A DNA stretch of 64,000 nt, from the NCBI RefSeq assembly GCF_964355755.1, contig NC_092676.1:18990871-19054870 (forward strand), written 5' to 3'. Origin of the DNA: Antedon mediterranea (taxonomy: Eukaryota; Animalia; Echinodermata). The notes beneath the pieces are model-generated. The model was not told where the DNA came from, made no database searches, and was given only the letters and a program-made list of their open reading frames with translations. Within the stretch, counting starts at the first letter, position 1. The number at the start of each line of letters is the position of its first letter. The translations under genes and the position numbers were made by a program. Positions 11,401 through 26,400 of the stretch are shown here, one piece after another.

Positions 11401-14400
11401 TGAATGACACTTTCAGTGCTAAAGCATTGATATCCTAAGTAGTTCAGTAGAGAACATCAACAATATAAGGATGAAATCAAACAAAACTAATCAAACTATA
11501 GGGGAATGAATGATACTGTAGCTTAATAAGATTGGTTCCCACTCAGATGCACAATGTCAAAGTAATTTGACCAATCACCAGGTAAAACTAGTGGGAAAAA
11601 AAAAAGCTTTATGGCAGATAGCATTCCTTCCACTGTTATGATTGGACAATAATGCTACTTGTGGCTTTTGATAAATTAAAGTAGATGTTTAGACTGCATG
11701 TTGTGCAATAAGAGTTTTAGCCAATATTGCTGTATTTCTTTACCATTTCCAGCACGTTTAATTGCAACTTGTATTGGTTCTATAACAATTTTATAATTTT
11801 TTTCATGAAAGATATAAGAAACCAAATGAAAGAGAACCACTGAACCACGCAATAAAATTCATTCAGCCATTGATGTATGATTGCGTAATGCTCTTGAAGC
11901 ATGACCAATCGGAAGCGGCGATGCACATGAAGAAACAGATTCTGAAGATCTTCTACGCTCTTACACAGGTACACACAATAAATAAAGCTTTTGACCACAT
12001 CATGTGCCTTCAATCTTGTTAAATGTCGTTGACCTCGTAGAACGTTAACCTAAAAAAAAAAAATGTAGCTAGCAGACATCTTATGTTATTACTGAATTTA
12101 AAATTTTCCGTCATATTTAATACATTAAAATTGTTTGTATAAATGATTACATTTTATTGATGTGTCATACAGTAGATATATATTATGCAGTTTTTGCTAC
12201 AATGAACGCTTGTGGAGAGCATGTTTATTTATTATTTATACAGTAAATTACCTATCATTAGTAAATTACTGTGCAGTACTCTCACCCCTAAATTATAATT
12301 TGTGAGTATGTTATACTGTACTGTAGGAACATATGGAAAAAATGGTTTTAGATATAAAAGGTATAAGTGTGAAATATTGGTATGCCTTTTTACTACACTG
12401 TCATTGTTTAAAGCTCTGTCTACACTTTCAAAGTTTGTTTTGACAAGAAAAATGTGATATGCCCATACAGTATATGGACATGATGATGTCATCACTACCA
12501 TATTTGGGAAATTCACACTTTTTTTGTCAAACTAATATGATACTGTAGTGTTACAGAGCTTTAGGGCAATTTGGTGAAAACAAAGTATTATAAAATATTG
12601 AGATATTTAAAAAAAGAGAAAACCTTTTCTTTTAAACTTAAACAGTACCTCATCTCAAAATATTAAAACTTCCTTAAAAATAAATATCTTTGTGAATCGA
12701 TTTCAGTACATCGCCATGATCTGCTGTCTTAGATTCGCTGTTTCTGGTTGCTCAATGTCGTTAGCTGGCCCAACTCAAGATTTTTATCTTCTCTGGCATC
12801 TGCCTACTTCCTTTAATTGATTCCTCCCTACTTTCACGCCTTCATTTTAATATTAATTTGTTACTTGTTTCTATTTTATATCTTTTTAAATGTTTACTGT
12901 ATTTAAGATAAAAACAAAATATTTCCATCTTAACAGTACTTCCTGCCATTGGATCTGATCAATGAAGAGATCTTCACCAAGTGGATGAAGGTTTTTCAAG
13001 AGATTGTCGAGGCGGAAATTCCACCGGTAATAAAAATCATTGCATTTTTCAAATGCACTCTTACCTACACAGTAATATACCCTTTTTCCCTATAAGCAAT
13101 TTAAGTTCTCATAACAGAGATTAAAGGTAAAGCTTGTTTGCTAGCATCTACATACAGGTAAAAAAAATGTTACCTCAAGGTGGGAATGAACAATGTGGAG
13201 TCTGGTGACCGGAGCTTGAACCTACAACCTCTAGATACCAATCCTCAAACCACTGCGCCACACTTCTCCCACAATGATAGATAAACTAGTATAATCTTAT
13301 GTAAACCACAACTCCCCATATATTCAAGAACACCTATAGAGTAGGTCAATCAGTGTTTTGTGCTTACAATTAAATTATTTGTACAAATTAACTTTATTTG
13401 CAATCTAGAAAAACCTTGAATATGGAAAAATAATATTTATTTAGAGGGAGTTTTTGTTAGAATCTTTATTGTTCTAATATAAGAATCTTATTATTTTTAC
13501 TATTATACAGGAAACATCACAGGTTCTTGTAGATGACAGACCAGAGTTAATTTGGTGGAAGACTAAGAAATGGGCATTGCACATATTGGCCAGAATGTTT
13601 GAAAGGTAAATCCCCTTGGGTGGTATTGTTAGTGATGATAAACCCAACCAACCAGATTACATGACTGATAGGGCTACTGTAATTATGGTACATGTGTCAA
13701 CAGAATTTGAGAAGAGTGAAGCTTCATTTGGCTATCAGAAAAATAAATTGGCCTGTACTAACTAACATTTCCAATTTTTACATTCTCTTAAAGATGTATT
13801 GTCCCCCCAAAATATGAGAAAAAAATTAAGATTTATAAAATCAGACTTGAAATATGCCATTTAGGGCATTTTTAATAAAGTTATTCACTTCTGTAAAAAA
13901 ACAAAATTTCACTTATTAAAAGACAAAAGAAACTTTTAATTTTAACCAAAAACCATTGTCTGACTGACAATTTAAGTGTTTTTTGCTTTCAATTACATTT
14001 TTTTCAGGTAATAATTGTTTTTTTTATTCACTTTTTGGACAAACGGAATAACTATTATGTGACATTAAAATGGCATTTAAAAAAAAAAATTTAGAGGGGT
14101 AATATATCTTTAATGAAACAGCATTATCAAATTAAAAATTCGTATTTCTAGCAAAACATGGACAAATTAGTTTGAATTGAATTTATACCAATTTATACGA
14201 GCAATGAAAAAACCCAATACGCCTAGTAAAATGTGCGCCTGTGTTATTATTATTATTATAAATTATAATAAATTATTCAATTGCCTTTTATGTATCTAAA
14301 ATACCTATTCATTTCCGTTTTGATGACATCCTGTGAAATAAAAATTGTTTAGTTTTTCTTTGATTATGGTTTCCGACTTCCTCCTTCAAGGTCTAGATTT

Positions 14401-17400
14401 TGTTTGGTCAAGGTAATTTAGGTCAAAAACTGTCCTAAGGGAGCTTGCAAGATTTTGTGGTCAATCCAGCCGCCAAGATCTAAAGTCGTATTTTTTACTA
14501 TTTTCACACTCAATATGACATTTTTGTCTTGTACATTTTTTGTTATAGATATGGTAGTCCTGGTAATGTTATCAAAGATTACAATAAGTTCTCAGAATGG
14601 TATCTCAAAACATTTTCACGTAAGTTGAGTTTTTAAATACCAAGCTACAGTACAACATGGCTAAAGTTCTGTCTACACTGTCAAACTATATGTGAGAATG
14701 TGATGTGCCCATATATGGACATGATGTGCATATCACATGCACATTTGTCTACCATATTTGGGCACATCATACTTTTTACTAGTTTGATAGTGTAGACAGA
14801 GCTTTAAGCTACATTCATATACATTTGGCTCCGGTTGCCTGATTACAAATTTTAAAAATATGTGTAGTGTTTTAGTAAGAATATAAATCGAAAGGCAAAG
14901 TACTGAAATTACATATGTGTATCAGTGGCAGGATCCCAATGGAGATACAAAATAAAATAAGCAAAAAGTTAAATCAAAACGATAAAGTAAAACAGCTAAA
15001 ATGTGTGATCGAAAAGTGTAACCCAGAGTTTTCTCTGCGCATCGAAACAAAAATAGGCCCAGTGTGAACGTAACTTAAAGCATAACTTCCTGCTAGAAAT
15101 AATCACGTCATTGTTATTATAATATTGTTTAATATATTATTTATAATGTTTTCCTTCCTTATCAATATTGTAAATCTCTAAATTCATAAAACATGTTCAT
15201 TTTTGTTTTCTTTTTTCTCAATTTGTCTAATTTAGCTCAAATCCTAACAACGTTATTGAAAGTTCTTGATCAGTATCGACAGCAGCAGTACATATCCCCA
15301 AGGGTCCTACAACAGTCCCTTAACTATGTCAACACAGGGTGAGTATTGCATTGGGTCGACATTGAGCTGATATAATATTATGCCAAATACACCAACACAA
15401 GCATTAAACACTACTTAACATGTTTAGTATATCCTTTATTTAATTTATTTATACTGGGTGACCTCTTCAGTCAAAGACTGGTCTCCCAGAGGGCCCAGTT
15501 ATGATAAGTGGCTGTGAGTGACAGTGGCTGTGTGTGTACTAGTACACTGGAGTAACCCCTACTCGTCTTGAAAGATATACTAAGTTCTTTAAAGTGTACA
15601 TGAGCTAGATGTGTACACTAGACCCAAGGTTTACAGTCCTCATCCGAGAAAACTTGTTCTACCACCAGAACCAAGGAACGAGTGAGCCTTGAACCCTTGC
15701 TGGTGTTATGGCTACGTAATTACGGTTCCACTTGGCCACTCACTTGTCAATCCTTGTCTTTTTATCTATGGATTTTGTATCATAGCATGCGTTTTTTTTC
15801 TATTTCAACAACTGTATGTATATTGCACTGTCAGCTTTTAGTAATGAGTCTTAAACTTCTCAGCTTCCAAAGTCAATGTCCTAACCATTATGTTACATAG
15901 AACCATCAATCCCTATTTTGTAAATCCTAGAGTGAAATCTGCTTTCTGGACAATATTATGCAAGCCATTAATAGAAATTTTCAAGTGATAGTTACCCCAT
16001 ATAATTGTTGATTGCTTTGCAGTGTGAAACATGCCAAGTCATGGAACATCATGAAGGGTCACATGCAAATCTTGATTCAAGATATCATCTTCCCCCTTAT
16101 GTGTCACACAGATGAGGACGATGAACTTTGGAATGACGACCCATATGAATACATCCGTATGAAATTTGGTAAGTGACATCATTTGAGGTACAAAGATTGC
16201 AAACTCATCATCACCTACTTTTTTTTAAACTTAACGTTTGAATAGGTTATTTTGTAGTGTTAATAAAGATAATCACTTCCGGAAAAAATGGAAACAAAAT
16301 ATTTTCAATTATAAAATGACAAAATAAATGGTTAAGTTCAACAAAAAAACCATTGGCTGACAGCCAATTTGCCCATTTTTTTTGTTTTAAATTACAGTTT
16401 TTCAGGTAAATACATTTCAATGGGTTATTGTTGAATTAAACTGTTTATTTTGTCTTTTTATAAAACATTTATTTTAATTTTTTTGTCCACAGAAGTGATT
16501 AATTACAAAATAACCTATTCAAAGTATGATTCAATGATATTTGCTCATGTTTTTTGGGGACAATACATCTTTATGTAGTCAGTGGTTGATTTTGTTCACG
16601 CTGCTGCTCTAGCCCGCTACGTCCCATGGGGACTACTCATTCAGAAGCTAAAGCAAGCAGCAGTTATAGTATCTAAGGTCGACAGTTTTACGACTTTGTA
16701 AACTCGACTATAATTTATAGATCCCAGCTGCTGGACTCAAAAAACGTCTGGGAAAAGAGAGTCTATGAAGGCTCACGGCTGAACGATTTTGGATTCTCGC
16801 CCTTTGATTGGTTGACGCGAATCAACAGACTGGGAAGAATTTTCTCACTTGTACGGCCATGAAGTCACGTTGTCTCTAGAGGGTATTCAGTTGTATGCCA
16901 ACAGGCTGAGGTTACACACACAGCACATTAATTTAAAGTTCAAAATTGACCAATTTTAAATGGGCATTCGATTCATAATTAAAGAACTATCTTTGATTTG
17001 TATGTATTTTTGCGATTAAAGGACATCTTTTTAATAATTAATCATAAATATATCTAAAGAAAGAACAATGATTAATTTTAAAATGTCGAGCAGCGATTTT
17101 TGTAAGAAATATTTCTTGTTTACTATTAAAGTAGTCAATAAAACAACTTTTTGATTTCAAACTTTTGATTTGAGAATATTTTTTTCCATTAAGTACTCTG
17201 AACGAGCAAATGAGCAAGTGTTATAATTTACCTTTCAAATAAACCTATATCCAATAGTTTAAACAATCGATTGTATCTTTAACATTAAAGGCCAGGTGCA
17301 GGCAAAAAAATTTCTATTGATCATACATTCCAATAATTATTGATCTATAGTTTCCACTATGTTTCATAATTTTTGGGATTTTATATGTGTTACAAGAGCT

Positions 17401-20400
17401 TGTTGAAGATAAGCACTTCCTTATCAGTGTGGGGATAGTTCAAATTACACAGTAAAATCTCTATTCTTTTGTACACAAATTTTGTAAATAGAGAGCATTT
17501 TAAAATACTATGAAAAATAAACGGTGTAGTAAATAATGTTATCAGATGACTAAATATAGGTAATATAACTTAAATTTTACATTTCTAGTTTTTTTATTCA
17601 ACTTCATTGTTTTATTTTCATGCTATAGCAAAAATTATCCACCGTATATCCACCATCTTTTTTATCCTTCTAGGGAGTCACCAGACATGTTATTACATTA
17701 GGTTAAACTACCTAACTACTGAAAAAAAGGTCTTTCTGGTTTTTATAGCAGAATTTTGCCAAATTTTGTATTTTACCATTTTAAGGGAAATTCATGTTTT
17801 TTTTCGTGTTGATTTCTATTATAAATTATTTATGTACAATTAATCGGGTATTATATTTAAAATTCATGCCTGAATATTGAAAATCCATTTGCAATTATAA
17901 AATGTCCAGAAAATGCATCTATTAACTTTTTTTTCCAGATGTCTTTGAAGATTTCATTTCTCCTGTTACTGCTGCACAAACCGTGCTGCAGTCAGCTGCG
18001 TCAAAAAGAAAAGAGGTGCTGCAGAAGACAATGGGATTCTGTATGAATGTACTGACACAACCTGGTGTAGGTCCACGACAGAAAGATGGCGCACTACATA
18101 TGGTTGGATCAATGGCAGAATTGTTACTTAAGGTATCAGGCTAGTTTTTATCAATCCCTTGAACTTAGTTGATCATTGCAAGAACTCAAAATTGTGTAAG
18201 CTGTAATTTCAATTTATTCAGGCACGATTTTATACCCTATCCAGAACGCTTTATTGCAACTCTATACAGGACACCCTATGCTAAAGCTCTGTCTACACTA
18301 TTAAACTAGTTTGACAAATATGTGATGTGCCCAAATATGGTAGCGATATGCCCAAATATGGTAGTGATATGCCCAAATATGGTAGTGATCATGATCATCA
18401 TGTCCATATATGGGCACATCCCATTTTTTTGTCACATATTTTTTTTTTTTAATTTATTACGGTATATAAAATATACAAATGCAATAGCATAGAGCTTAAA
18501 GGTGAAACTTTGTTAGATCCACTTAATGGGGGTATAAACACCAAAACCCTTAATTAAGTGTTTAACTGCAGTCAATGATTACATAACATTAATGTTTGTT
18601 TTTTTATTTGTTTTTTTATAGAAAAAAATGTACAAAGATAGAATGGAACATATGTTGGTATCGCATGTTCTTCCTGAATTTAAAAGTGAACACGGCTACA
18701 TGAGAGCAAGGGTGAGCTTTAAATAATTCTATTGCTACAATAATGTTTAAAGTAGTGTAATATTGTAATACCCTTGACGAAATAAAACAAACCTAGTCAT
18801 CATTGTGCACATGTATCTTAAATGCTAATGTCTCAGAAATGTTAGTTAATGTAGTTCTCGCACGCATATTCTGTATTATACCCTATTTACACCACATAGA
18901 ACAACTCTGGAGTTTATACTGGGAATATGTCAAAGAAAACACCAGAGTGTGTAATTTCCACAGTTTTAAAAGTGTATAATTCTATAATTTGCAATTTAAC
19001 TCTTGAATGTAAATGTTGTAGTTATATTTGATCTAAAAACTGCTATTTTGAATGTAATGGTGTTATCCTATATCTTAAAAAACACTATTTTGAATGTAAT
19101 AGTGTTATCGTGTTTCTAAAAAGCAGTATTTTGAATGTAATAGTGTTATACTGTATATAAAAAGTACTATTTTGAATGTAACAATGTTATACTGTATCTA
19201 AAAAGCACTATTTTGAATGCAAGTGTTATCACTGTATCTAAATATACTATTTACAGATATATAAATGATACGTATAAAAAATGTTATTTTGTGGTGAAAG
19301 CAATATAAACAACTTCATCACAATTTTTTTTTAGGCCAACTATGTCATTCACACATTCTCCGAAGTACGGTTTAAAAATGACAAGAACCTTCAATCAGCA
19401 CTTGACCTGACCCGCCAATCTCTCGTCCTTGACAAAGAGATGCCTGTGAAAGTCGAAGCTGCCATCGCCTTACAAATGCTTATCACCAGTAATGAGAAAG
19501 CCAAGGATTACATCCAGCCCCACGTTAAAGAGGTCATCGAAGGTCAGTAATAGTTCACAAATCCAATTTAGTAAAATATTAAATTATTATTTTCAACAAA
19601 TTATTATAGGATAATAAACAATGCTTTAATGTTATGCAATTACACCTGTAAATTATGCAATAAACATTTCAGTACACCTGTTCTATGCATATTTGGCCAC
19701 TTGACTATTGCTGGTGAAGACTAAATATTTTGTGCGCTTTATAGATTAGTCAAACTTTATATTTTTCAGCAAATCTAAAAACAAAGCAGTACACTTCCAG
19801 TTAAAATGCTAAAACGCTGTCTACACTATCAAACTAGTTTGACAAAAAAAAGTGTGATGTACCCAAATATGGTAGTGATATATATGGGTACATCACATTT
19901 TTTTAAAACATAAATTTGATAGTGTAGACAGACCTTTACAACAGTTCATAGACTGATCAAACTGTTTTTTCTATTTACTCAGCCTTGTTAATCGTAATCA
20001 GAGAGACGGAGAATGATGACTTGACAAACGTGATGCAGAAACTGATATGTACTTATTGTGACGAGGTGACGACCATTGCGGTTGACATCACAACACATTT
20101 AGTAAGTTATCAAAATGTGGGAATTGATGTTGCAGTTCGGACTTGTTGTAGTTGATATCACTATATGCCAAGATGGCTTTCTTACAAAAGAATAAAATCA
20201 ATGCATTGGTAAAAAATGGACAACACAAACTGACAAACAATACAGATGTATCAACTAATGAGACACCAATGCCAATGTTAAATTCTCAATACAAAGTACC
20301 TTTTAAAATTAACAGCCTAACTAATGATGTGATTATCGATATTGCATCAACACAATAAAAATCAATGATTTTTTATACTGTATATCCTGTTTATAGGCGG

Positions 20401-23400
20401 CAACATTTACTCAAGTTGTGGATGGGGATGATCCTTCAGATGATAAGGCGATAACAGCAATGGGAATATTGAACACAATAGAAACACTATTAAATGTCAT
20501 GGAAGATCACAAAGAGGTAAGGCATTCTTTATATATATATATACAGTATATATGTAGCAAAGTGTTTTATTCCAGTATTTCCCCAGTTTGTGAATCAAGA
20601 TAAATTTATTGCAACAAAGTTGAATTATATAATAGTATATATTCTTTATTTAAATACCCCTTTCAATCCCAAAAGCAAAACTCCGGAGTTGTCGCCCCAG
20701 TGTTTTGGTGTAAAAAGTAAATCAAACAATGATCATTGCTATGAAAACAAACAAAATAGAGGGCAGTATTTTTTATTTTATTTAAAACCCCCGGTGTTGC
20801 TAGGTTTCTGTGAATGGGGTCTTTTCAGAGTTTCTCAACGTTTTGAATGGTCACAAACCCTGGGGTGCCTCTGGAGATCACTGCAGAGTTTTGGTGTGAA
20901 AGGGGTATTAGTCATATCCTAACAAGATAATATACTAGCCTCACAATAGAACACCTCCTATTCAGGACACACCTATTCAGATTAGTAAGGGAACACTTTC
21001 TAGTGAATAAAGGAAAAGAGATTTGTTTCAAATTTGGCAATCTTATTCAGGGAACTCTTTGTTGGGTCTTAAAGTGGAAGGAATTCTACTGACCAAAACT
21101 GTGTCACAAAGAGGTTGTGTAGGGAATCAAAAATTTAAATAATATATACCTATATACAGTATACCTATTTTAACTATAATACTAACATATTTTCTTTATT
21201 TAGATAATGCTGCAATTAGAAGGCATAGTGTTACAAGTGGTCCGGGTTATTTTGCAACAGCAAGTCATTGGTAGGCTACACTTTCATTATTAATAATTGT
21301 CACTATAATTTAAAGTTAAAATATATCTTATCTTAGCTTGGTAATTAATCTTTGAAAACATTTTTGTAGATTTCTATGAGGAGGTTTTATCACTGATCTT
21401 CAGCATGACTTGTACACATATATCACCCCCTCTATGGCAAGTCTTTCCAATGGTCTATGAAATGTTCAGCAATGATGGCTTTGATTATTTCTTAGGTAAG
21501 TAAACTTTGAAAGGGCTTAAGCTCTGTCTACACTATCAGACTTTATGTGATGTGTCCATATATGGATATGATGATGTCATATCACTACCATATTATTTGG
21601 GCACATCACACCTTATTTGTCAAACTAGTTTGATAGTGTAGACAGAGTTTTATGAAGTAGAAAGTGAACAATTCTTTTAAAATATGAATATTACAGCCTT
21701 TAATAATTACCTCCAGTGAGGAGGTTAAAAATCAACTTAATTTATCTGTCTGCAAGATTATATATTATATACAAAAAATATATTTACCTTAGACAGATAT
21801 TAGACTAAAGAAACATTTTTTGTAGGTAATTATAATAATATTACATCGATCTTACATAGCACTTAATGCACAAAGCCTCTAAATGCTTCACATTATTACC
21901 CCAGTAATGTTTTGGATCAAATACGTCTGAAAACGTACTCCTGTAATATTGCAGCCAGTAATCAGCACAGTTGGGTTTTAAAATATATCAGGTACCCATT
22001 TGTACACCTGAGTGGAGAGAGAGGCAAAGTAAAGTGTCTTGCCTAAGTACACAAGCTACGCGACAAGCTTTGGATTCGGACTCACGATTCCACAATTAGT
22101 AGTCCAACGTCCAACATACTGCACCACATGCTCTCACATAGGTATAAAATCAATAGTTACATGATCTACACACTTTTTTTTAAATCATGTTTTTAATTCT
22201 CTTTTTCACAACCGGCCATCATAAACATAGTCATTGCTTATAAACTTCAGATCATTATCATACAAGAATTGGAAAAAATGCCTATCCCAGACTGAAACTA
22301 CCATACCATCTGGCAAGATATAAATTCTAGTAAATCATTTTTTTTTTAATATAGAAATGATGCCTGCATTACACAACTACATCACAGTTGATCCACAGAC
22401 CTTCCTGTCAAACACTGTGTACATTGAAAGTATCTTCAACATGTGTAAAAAGGTAATTCTAGTAAATGTATAATATGTAATCTATTGTATACAAGGCTGT
22501 GAAAGTGTAATATGGGAAGGGGCTATAAAATAATGGATAACATGTAATCTAGCTTAGCCCCTTCTTAACCATGGATGTATTGGGCAAAGGTAAGCAGGAC
22601 ACCACCTTCCACGTTTTTCACCATGAAAGTACTTCTTTTATTTTGTTCCCACCCACTAATAAGTTTTTAATTATAATTATAACTATTACTTCTCTTGCTA
22701 CATCCCTGCTTAACTTAATTATCTTTGTCAGATCCTCGTAAACTGGGCCCGGGAGTGCCTCCAACTCAAACATTGCCTTCTATACGTTATTTATTTTAGT
22801 TGGTAGCTGTTTCTAATGTTTTAAATCTTCAATTGCTATTTGTTGTTTTCCAGATAATTTCTGAAGAGTCCGATGGCGGTGAGGATGCAGAGTGTCATGC
22901 TATGAAGCTCTTAGAGGTCATTGTCATTCAGTACAAAGGTCGAATTGATCAGGTGAGATTTTATCAAGTGGATGATGTTATAGTTAAGATTTCATTGAAA
23001 TTAGTGTGGTATGCATGAACTAAAAACAGTATGTATGTCATTTCAAATCTCCGTGGGACTTGAAAGCCTTTGGGGCAGAATGTTTTTGACAACATTATGG
23101 TATGATTTCAGTTTAAATTTACTTAAATCTTAATTATTGTATTTCTTTGTAGTGCATACCATCGTTTGTGACTTTAGCCATGGAGAGGTTAATGCGTAAC
23201 ATCAAAACCAGCGAGCTTCAACAGATGTGTCTTCAGGTGATCGTGGGGGCGCTCTACTACGATCCAACGATTCTTTTACAGACCTTGGAGAAGGTGGTTG
23301 TTCCGACAACTGGTGAGCCTGCTCTGCTATGGTTTGTCAAGATGTGGTTACAGTATACAGATTGTTTCCTTGGGTAGGTGGTAGTATAGTTATATGTCTG

Positions 23401-26400
23401 TCGGTTTGTTTGTGCAACTATAACATAACGCAACATGCATCAAATCTTAAAGAGTCTGTGTGTTCATAACAGAAATGCAGTCTACTCTCTAAAAACACTG
23501 GAGCTTGCCAAAAAAGGCTAGTGTTAGACAAGTCTGGGGCATTATATATTTGAGAGTTTAAAGTATTGGCAACTAATTGTCATTTTTTAAAATCTTATTT
23601 AAAGTTTGGTGTAAATGTTTATGTATTATTTGACGCTCGCATCAGGTATTGGCAGATACTGTACTATCTCCAAATGTTAATGCATTTTCGTTGTTCTTTG
23701 CCAGGTTTGGTATACATTGATGATGTACATTTTAAAATATATATATTGATATCTTACTAGGTTACATGACCGAAAGGTTTGTGTACTTGGACTCCTAGCT
23801 CTTCTCGAGCTCCCTAACAGGCCTGAAGCTGTGTCTGCCAGTGCCCAACACTACCTCCCTGCACTTATAATGCTCTTCAAGGGCTTACAGAGAGTTTATG
23901 ACTGTAAGTATTATATTGTTTGCTTTGTATGATTTTCAAATGGATACGGTTCTATGCTCACCCAAAGGTCAAATTTGCTTTCTTAAAACTGGCAAAAAGA
24001 TTGCCGATTTATTTCCTGCAAATTGGAAATTCTTTAGAAAATTGGTTTAAAGCAAATTGCCAAATTGTTTGGTAAATACATATTAAATGTGTAGTTTGTT
24101 GTGTAGTGTGGTTTTGTTTTGGTTTACGGAAAACTTTATTCAGAGGAAATTTTTTTTCTTGCCAGTTGGCAACTCCAATCGCCATTTGCGAACACGTGAA
24201 TGGCTAGCATGAGCGTAGGTTTATGAATTTTCTGTTTCATTGGAAGTTTCATATTTCGAAATACAGTAGAACACTAATATTAAAAGGTCCCTTTTGAGGG
24301 TGTACCCTGAATAGGGGCTGACCCTAGTGTTGAAACCTCTATTTCCCCTTATTCATTTACTGAAAGGTGTCCCCTGAATAGCCGTGTCCAAAGAACTTAT
24401 AACACAAGAATCTCCTGTTTGTCCGAAGCGTGTAACAATTTTGAAAGGCATTGTGGGATAGAATAGTGCTAATGGGTGGCGCCATTGTGAGCCATGGAGT
24501 AGGGCGCCCGCATCAAATTAGAAAGTCAAAATCATAGAGGGGATCTGCTAATACTCTAGGTGGGGTAGAGTAATTGACTTCCTAGTTTGGAGGGGGCGCT
24601 GCTCCATGCTGTGAAATGGCGTCGCCCAGTTTGACCTTTTAACCCTGTACTTCTGATACTGTGTTTTGAATGCAAATTGAAGAACAGGAGATTCTTGTGT
24701 TATAAGTTCTTTGCTAGATTCTTGTGTTATAAGTTCTTTGCTAGATTCTTGTGTTATAAGTTCTTTGCTAGATTCTTGTGTTATAAGTTCTTTGCTAGAT
24801 TCTTGTGTTATAAGTTCTTTGCTAGATTCTTGTGTTATAAGTTCTTTGCTAGATTCTTGTGTTATAAGTTCTTTGCTAGATTCTTGTGTTATAAGTTCTT
24901 TGCTAGATTCTTGTGTTATAAGTTCTTTGCTAGATTCTTGTGTTATAAGTTCTTTGCTAGATTCTTGTGTTATAAGTTCTTTGCTAGATTCTTGTGTTAT
25001 AAGTTCTTTGCTAGATTCTTGTGTTATAAGTTCTTTGCTAGATTCTTGTGTTATAAGTTCTTTGCTAGATTCTTGTGTTAAGTTCTTTGCTAGATTCTTG
25101 TGTTATAAGTTCTTTGCTAGATTCTTGTGTTATAAGTTCTTTGCTAGATTCTTGTGTTATAAGTTCTTTGCTAGATTCTTGTGTTATAAGTTCTTTGCTA
25201 GATTCTTGTGTTATAAGTTCTTTGCTAGATTCTTGTGTTATAAGTTCTTTGCTAGATTCTTGTGTTATAAGTTCTTTGCTAGATTCTTGTGTTATAAGTT
25301 CTTTGCTAGATTCTTGTGTTATAAGTTCTTTGCTAGATTCTTGTGTTATAAGTTCTTTGCTAGATTCTTGTGTTATAAGTTCTTTGCTAGATTCTTGTGT
25401 TATAAGTTCTTTGCTAGATTCTTGTGTTATAAGTTCTTTGCTAGATTCTTGTGTTATAAGTTCTTTGCTAGATTCTTGTGTTATAAGTTCTTTGCTAGAT
25501 TCTTGTGTTATAAGTTCTTTGCTAGATTCTTGTGTTATAAGTTCTTTGCTAGATTCTTGTGTTATAAGTTCTTTGCTAGATTCTTGTGTTATAAGTTCTT
25601 TGCTAGATTCTTGTGTTATAAGTTCTTTGCTAGATTCTTGTGTTATAAGTTCTTTGCTAGATTCTTGTGTTATAAGTTCTTTGCTAGATTCTTGTGTTAT
25701 AAGTTCTTTGCTAGATTCTTGTGTTATAAGTTCTTTGCTAGATTCTTGTGTTATAAGTTCTTTGCTAGATTCTTGTGTTATAAGTTCTTTGCTAGATTCT
25801 TGTGTTATAAGTTCTTTGCTAGATTCTTGTGTTATAAGTTCTTTGCTAGATTCTTGTGTTATAAGTTCTTTGCTAGATTCTTGTGTTATAAGTTCTTTGC
25901 TAGATTCTTGTGTTATAAGTTCTTTGCTAGATTCTTGTGTTATAAGTTCTTTGCTAGATTCTTGTGTTATAAGTTCTTTGCTAGATTCTTGTGTTATAAG
26001 TTCTTTGCTAGATTCTTGTGTTATAAGTTCTTTGCCGTGTCCCAAAGGAGGTTCTACTGTACGTACTGTACGTGGGCGTGTGGCGCAGTGTGTTGGACGT
26101 TGGACTACCGATCGTCAGACCTAGGTTCGAATCCAACTCTCGCCGCATTGCTTGTATCCGTAGGCAAGATACTTTACTTACGTTGCCTCTCTCCACCCAG
26201 GTGTATAAATGGGTACCCAGTTAGATCTAGACACAACTGCGCTGGTTACCGGCTGCATTATGGGAGTATGTTTCCATACGTGTTTGATCCCAAAAAATAC
26301 TGGGGTAATAATGCTTGTAAAGCGCCTTTGAGCATGATTACTCATGAAAAGGGCGCTATATAAATCTGGTATTATTATTATTATTATTATTACTGTATTA

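Larger units (their letters stand above)
24264..26059. mobile_element. Tc1/mariner-like MITE (TA|CAGTAGAAC...GTTCTACTG|TA) hosting the nested P-like element
   Basis: Termini at about 24264 and 26059, internal GTGTCCCCTGAATAG motifs, interrupted at CCGTGTC. Relatives at about 20945-21090, 33650-33800 and 61610-61770. Confidence 0.6.

Noticed and set aside
12700-12770. CAG|TACATCGCCATGATCTG resembling the start of IPO7 exon 5, as a possible mutually exclusive exon
   Set aside because: Similarity is limited to about 20 nt, the translation does not resemble importin, and there is no suitable donor.
16588-16925. Hairpin CTGCTGCT...AGCAGCAG followed by ATAGTA (H-box-like), considered as an H/ACA snoRNA or telomerase RNA in an IPO7 intron
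   Set aside because: The second hairpin is too short, no ACA box is correctly placed, and there is no CTAACCCT template. The region runs into a GTATCT|TTAA Kolobok-like end near 17282, so a transposon fragment is more likely. An Rfam scan would settle it.
26074-26150. tRNA-like sequence with A and B boxes
   Set aside because: It is the head of a SINE, continuing into a core and tail, and does not form a proper cloverleaf.
24677-26363. Long repetitive ORFs ([27 protein letters not shown]) and a CRISPR-like appearance
   Set aside because: These are by-products of a 27-bp tandem repeat in an intron. There are no unique spacers and no cas genes, and the context is eukaryotic.
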